DNA from: Calditrichia bacterium | GTDB taxonomy: Bacteria; Calditrichota; Calditrichia; RBG-13-44-9; J075 | Assembly (NCBI GenBank): GCA_050633245.1 | Contig: JBOEGD010000014.1 | Coordinates: forward strand, 9,918 to 73,917 | Direction of reading: 5' to 3' | Length of the DNA stretch: 64,000 nucleotides | Shown: positions 60,617-64,000 of the stretch, piece after piece | Layout: each line of letters begins with the position of its first letter | Numbering within the stretch: the first letter of the stretch is position 1 | The notes under the pieces: generated by a model | Databases searched by the model: none | Told to the model about the DNA's origin: nothing | What the model saw: only the letters and a program-made list of their open reading frames with translations | Position numbers and translations under genes: made by a program

Positions 60617-62812
60617 TTACTTCAACTCCAGCTCAATCTGCATGCCTTTCGCGGCTCCAAGTGAAAGCGAGCGTTCCGTCGGCACGCTTCCGGCAAGAGA
60701 AATAGTAAACCTGCCCTTTTCAAGAACCGCTTCGCCGCTGGCTGAAATGAGCTTGAGCATATTTGTTGTGAGAAAAAAAGATACGCGTTTTTCCTGCCCC
60801 GATTCCAGCATTATTCTTTTTATTCCTTTCAACGAAAACAGTGGTGTAGAGACACTTGCTTTTTTATCGGTCACATAAAGCTGCACGACTTCTTCAGCAG
60901 GAATATCGCCTTCGTTTTTAACTACACAGCTTACTTCAACCGTTTTGCCCTTCTTAATTTTTGACGACGAGAGCTTTATATCGCTATAAACAAATGAGCT
61001 ATAGCTCAACCCAAATCCAAACGGATACATCGGTTCTTCTGTCATATATCGATAAGTGCGGCCGACCATGCTGTAGTCCTCGTATGCAGGAAGCTGTTCG
61101 AGCGATTTCGGAAAAGTGATCGGCAAGCGTCCGGACGGCGAAGCATTACCAAAAATCAGATCCGCGATAGCACTTCCACCCTCCTCACCGGGGTACCAGG
61201 CAAATAAAACAGCATCGGCAATTTCGTGAACTTCAGCAAGATTCATCGGACACCCCCCTGTGATAACCGCAATAACCGGCTTCTCATGATTACCCCTGAT
61301 CTTTTTCAGGTAGTCGATTTGGTTTTCCGGAATATTATAATCCAAACGATCTCCGAAATAAGGTGATGAAACAGATTCCCCTTCCTCGCCTTCAATATGC
61401 CTCGTCAGTCCCATGGCAATAATTGTAGCATCGGCATTAGCAGCTTCGCCTGAAGACCAATCAATGGGGTTGACGTTTGGACGATCCAGTGTTGTTCCGG
61501 GACTGTATTGCACCTGACTGGACGGTGCAACACGGGATACCAGGCCTTCTAAGACCGTAACGATGTTTGGATTTACACCAAAGTAATTTCCCAGCTGCGC
61601 ATCTATTGAGGCCGCATTTGGACCAACTACATAGTAAAAATTCAGATTGTTTTTTAACGGAAGCACGCCATTATTTTTTAATAATACGACAGATTTTAAA
61701 GCCGTCTCATACGCCAACTGACGATGGTTGTCACTATCGACAACGTCATAAGAAATTTCATTGTATGGGTTATTCTCTGCGGGATCAAACATGCCGAGTT
61801 TAAAACGGGTTGCAAGCAATCTTGCTAATTCCTTATTCAAAACTGCTTCACTAACCAAACCCTGGCGAACGGCATCGGCCAAGACCTCATAGGTATTTCC
61901 ACAGTTCAAACTAACACCGCTTTTAAGAGCCAGTGCTGCTGCCTCTTCCTTTGAGGATACCGTGCCATGACCGTTTTCAGAATAGAAATCAACAATTGCC
62001 CAGCAGTCGCTTAAAATATGTCCCTTAAAATTCCATTTTTTTAGAAGTACTTCAGAGAGCAGGTAATTGCTGGCACAACACGGATCACCATTAGTTCGGT
62101 TATAGGCACACATTATCGATTCCACACCGGCATCGACCAATGCTTTGAAAGCCGGTAAATACGTCTCGTATAAATCTTTTGGATTCGTTATGGCATCAAA
62201 CTCATGACGCAGTTTCTCTGGCCCACTATGAACGGCAAAGTGTTTTGCACAGGCCGCGGTTTTCAGATAGTCCGGATTATCACCTTGAAGCCCTTTTACA
62301 AAGGCAACGCCCATTTGGCTGGTAAGCCATGGATCTTCGCCATAAGTTTCCTGTCCACGCCCCCAACGCGGATCGCGAAAGATATTCACATTCGGCGTCC
62401 AAAAAGTTAGACCGGCATAGCGATTAAAGTTTCCGGCGGCTTGAGAAACATTGTATTTTGCTCGCGCTTCATCAGAAATAGCAGATGCAACGCGAAATGC
62501 CAACTCCGCATCAAAGGTTGCTGCAATTCCAATAGCCTGTGGAAAAACCGTGGCTTTTCCCGATCGCCCCACTCCGTGAAGCGCCTCATTCCACCAATCG
62601 TATGCCGGAATATTCAGACGCGGAATTGCTGGAGCATTCATCAACATCTGAGCAGCCTTTTCATCCAGTGTAAGTTTCGAGATCAGATCGTCCACGCGTT
62701 TGTTCAATGGTGCAGCGGGCTGCAGATAGAGTTCCTGCGCGTTCCCCAAAGCCACAAACATCAACATCAAGAAAATTAATAGGGGGTGGTTGTTCATCGA
62801 AATCACCTTCAT
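60617..62812 (-). CDS. GH3 beta-xylosidase/beta-glucosidase with Fn3-like domain
   Basis: Signal peptide, WNEALHG, WGRGQETYGEDP, KHF, SDC nucleophile, EGEE, YPFGFGLSY and EVVQLY. Confidence 0.94.
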   Translation of the reverse strand: MKVISMNNHPLLIFLMLMFVALGNAQELYLQPAAPLNKRVDDLISKLTLDEKAAQMLMNAPAIPRLNIPAYDWWNEALHGVGRSGKATVFPQAIGIAATFDAELAFRVASAISDEARAKYNVSQAAGNFNRYAGLTFWTPNVNIFRDPRWGRGQETYGEDPWLTSQMGVAFVKGLQGDNPDYLKTAACAKHFAVHSGPEKLRHEFDAITNPKDLYETYLPAFKALVDAGVESIMCAYNRTNGDPCCASNYLLSEVLLKKWNFKGHILSDCWAIVDFYSENGHGTVSSKEEAAALALKSGVSLNCGNTYEVLADAVRQGLVSEAVLNKELARLLATRFKLGMFDPAENNPYNEISYDVVDSDNHRQLAYETALKSVVLLKNNGVLPLKNNLNFYYVVGPNAASIDAQLGNYFGVNPNIVTVLEGLVSRVAPSSQVQYSPGTTLDRPNVNPIDWSSGEAANADATIIAMGLTRHIEGEEGESVSSPYFGDRLDYNIPENQIDYLKKIRGNHEKPVIAVITGGCPMNLAEVHEIADAVLFAWYPGEEGGSAIADLIFGNASPSGRLPITFPKSLEQLPAYEDYSMVGRTYRYMTEEPMYPFGFGLSYSSFVYSDIKLSSSKIKKGKTVEVSCVVKNEGDIPAEEVVQLYVTDKKASVSTPLFSLKGIKRIMLESGQEKRVSFFLTTNMLKLISASGEAVLEKGRFTISLAGSVPTERSLSLGAAKGMQIELELK

Positions 62813-62966
62813 AAGTGAAAAAAGCGAATAAAACAGCTACAAATCTTAAAAAACCATGCAATATACCCCAGTAGCGGCATTTTACCTAACAACAGCAATG
62901 CTATAGGTTTAAGTAGAATTAACTCTTGACCAGACAAGTGGAATTGTCAACTAAAATACTCTTTTT

Positions 62967-63024
62967 GTAAAACATGCTTGACTTTTAGATATTCAAAAGC
63001 TACTTTTTGTCAAGTTTGCTTTAC
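62967..63024 (+). promoter_or_regulatory. Sigma70 promoter flanked by two palindromic operators
   Basis: TTGACT(62978)-N17-TACTTT(63001); operators GTAAAA-catg-CTTGAC (62967-62982) and GTCAAG-tttg-CTTTAC (63009-63024). Confidence 0.7.
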
Positions 63025-63046
63025 AAAAAACTCAAAAGGATAGATA

Positions 63047-63469
63047 ATGAATAGGCAAATAAGTGAATCGACAGGTTGGGCTGAACGTAACAAAAAGAAT
63101 ACGATACAATTAGGCATTTGGACAGCGGCTTGGACACTCAGCATGGCGCTGGCGACATTTGGGCCAATGTTTATCTGGGACGGCATGCCACTACTAACCA
63201 TAATAGGGATCGTACTTAATGCTGCTATTGGAGTAGGTATGATTATCGCCAATAAGAATCATCTTAAAGGGCTAGACGAACTGCAGCAAAAAATTCAGCT
63301 GGAAGCAATGGCAATTGCTCTGGGAGTCGGAGTGGTGTTTGGTCTCAGCTATTCCCTTCTGGACATTACAAATCTCATTGGTTTTGATGCCGAGATAGGC
63401 CATTTGGTCATGCTAATCAGTTTGACCTACTTGGGAGCTATCACAGTGGGAAGGAAACGCTACCAGTGA
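63047..63469 (+). CDS. 4-TM membrane protein (LDELQ..IQLEA motif)
   Basis: AAGGA RBS, four TM segments, 4-bp overlap with the XRE gene. Confidence 0.8.
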   Translation: MNRQISESTGWAERNKKNTIQLGIWTAAWTLSMALATFGPMFIWDGMPLLTIIGIVLNAAIGVGMIIANKNHLKGLDELQQKIQLEAMAIALGVGVVFGLSYSLLDITNLIGFDAEIGHLVMLISLTYLGAITVGRKRYQ

Positions 63470-63669
63470 AAAATCGCTTAAAAGTACTCCGGGCCGAGCG
63501 CGATTGGACTCAGTCAGATCTGGCTGACGCACTGGAAGTATCGCGACAGACAGTGAATGCCATTGAAAAAGGCAAGTTTGATCCCAGTTTACCGCTGGCA
63601 TTTAAAATGGCACGGCTGTTTAATATGCAAATTGAAGACATTTTTTTGGAAGAAACAAGTAGCGAGTAG
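63466..63669 (+). CDS. XRE-family HTH transcriptional regulator
   Basis: MKNRLKVLRAE..WTQ.DLA..L.VSRQTVNAIE.GK.DPSL.LAF. Confidence 0.93.
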   Translation: MKNRLKVLRAERDWTQSDLADALEVSRQTVNAIEKGKFDPSLPLAFKMARLFNMQIEDIFLEETSSE

Positions 63670-63693
63670 CGAGAAGCGCGAAGGGTGCTCATT

Positions 63694-63933
63694 TTACGGA
63701 TTTGATATCGAGCGCGTTCTTAAATATGCTGTTAGTAGAAAGATTGGAAGTAATAGCAGAATCAACGGTAAAAACCAGCTGCCGAACGTCTCCCAAATAA
63801 AGCTCCAATTGGTTCCATCAGCCGTTTGAAAGATGCTGCCGGGATTTTCCAGCCAGTTCCAGAGTGCCATCCCCCCCGAAATCAACACGCTGACCCCGAC
63901 ACCTGCCAAAATGGCTATCCGATAGTTTTTCAT
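63694..63933 (-). CDS. Small 2-TM hypothetical protein
   Basis: W.W.ENP..IF....GTNW.F..ET..SWF.P motif between two TM helices. Confidence 0.65.
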   Translation of the reverse strand: MKNYRIAILAGVGVSVLISGGMALWNWLENPGSIFQTADGTNWSFIWETFGSWFLPLILLLLPIFLLTAYLRTRSISNP

Positions 63934-64000
63934 ATATTCTGTGTTCTGATGAGTGCACGTACGCGTGGGTCAAGACCTACGTTACTGCTCATCTGCCATC

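Overview
A gene-dense bacterial chromosomal window with about 52 supportable CDSs. The gene content (many lipoproteins, beta-barrel proteins, DUF5723-like/PorT-like proteins) suggests a diderm FCB-related lineage such as Calditrichota or KSB1; this is inference only. Housekeeping genes include modC (5'-partial), alr, comEC, ligA, htpX, rsmI, tmk, a CtpA-type S41 protease, galT and selD. I saw no rRNA, intact tRNA, transposase or CRISPR array. The main signal is a set of full-length proteins with altered catalytic residues: (1) a 1497-aa multi-PAS/coiled-coil HisKA_3 kinase whose phospho-acceptor His is Gln, next to an intact PAS-PAS hybrid kinase with a sigma28-like promoter between them (architecture analogous to DivL/CckA); (2) a PdxJ-fold protein lacking nearly all PNP-synthase catalytic residues, in an operon with two paralogous lipoproteins; (3) a glycogen-synthase-fold protein lacking its catalytic residues, paired with a GalT whose Zn-binding cysteines are Ser; (4) two tandem Ser/Thr kinase-TPR paralogs with an HSDLKPEH catalytic loop. 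Also present are a selenocysteine-encoding selD with a SECIS hairpin (truncated in the ORF track), an ABC transporter that probably starts at a non-canonical codon, an ino1 plus PIP-synthase pair, a candidate sRNA, and several REP-like and short tandem intergenic repeats. All family assignments come from motif recognition by eye, without database searches.
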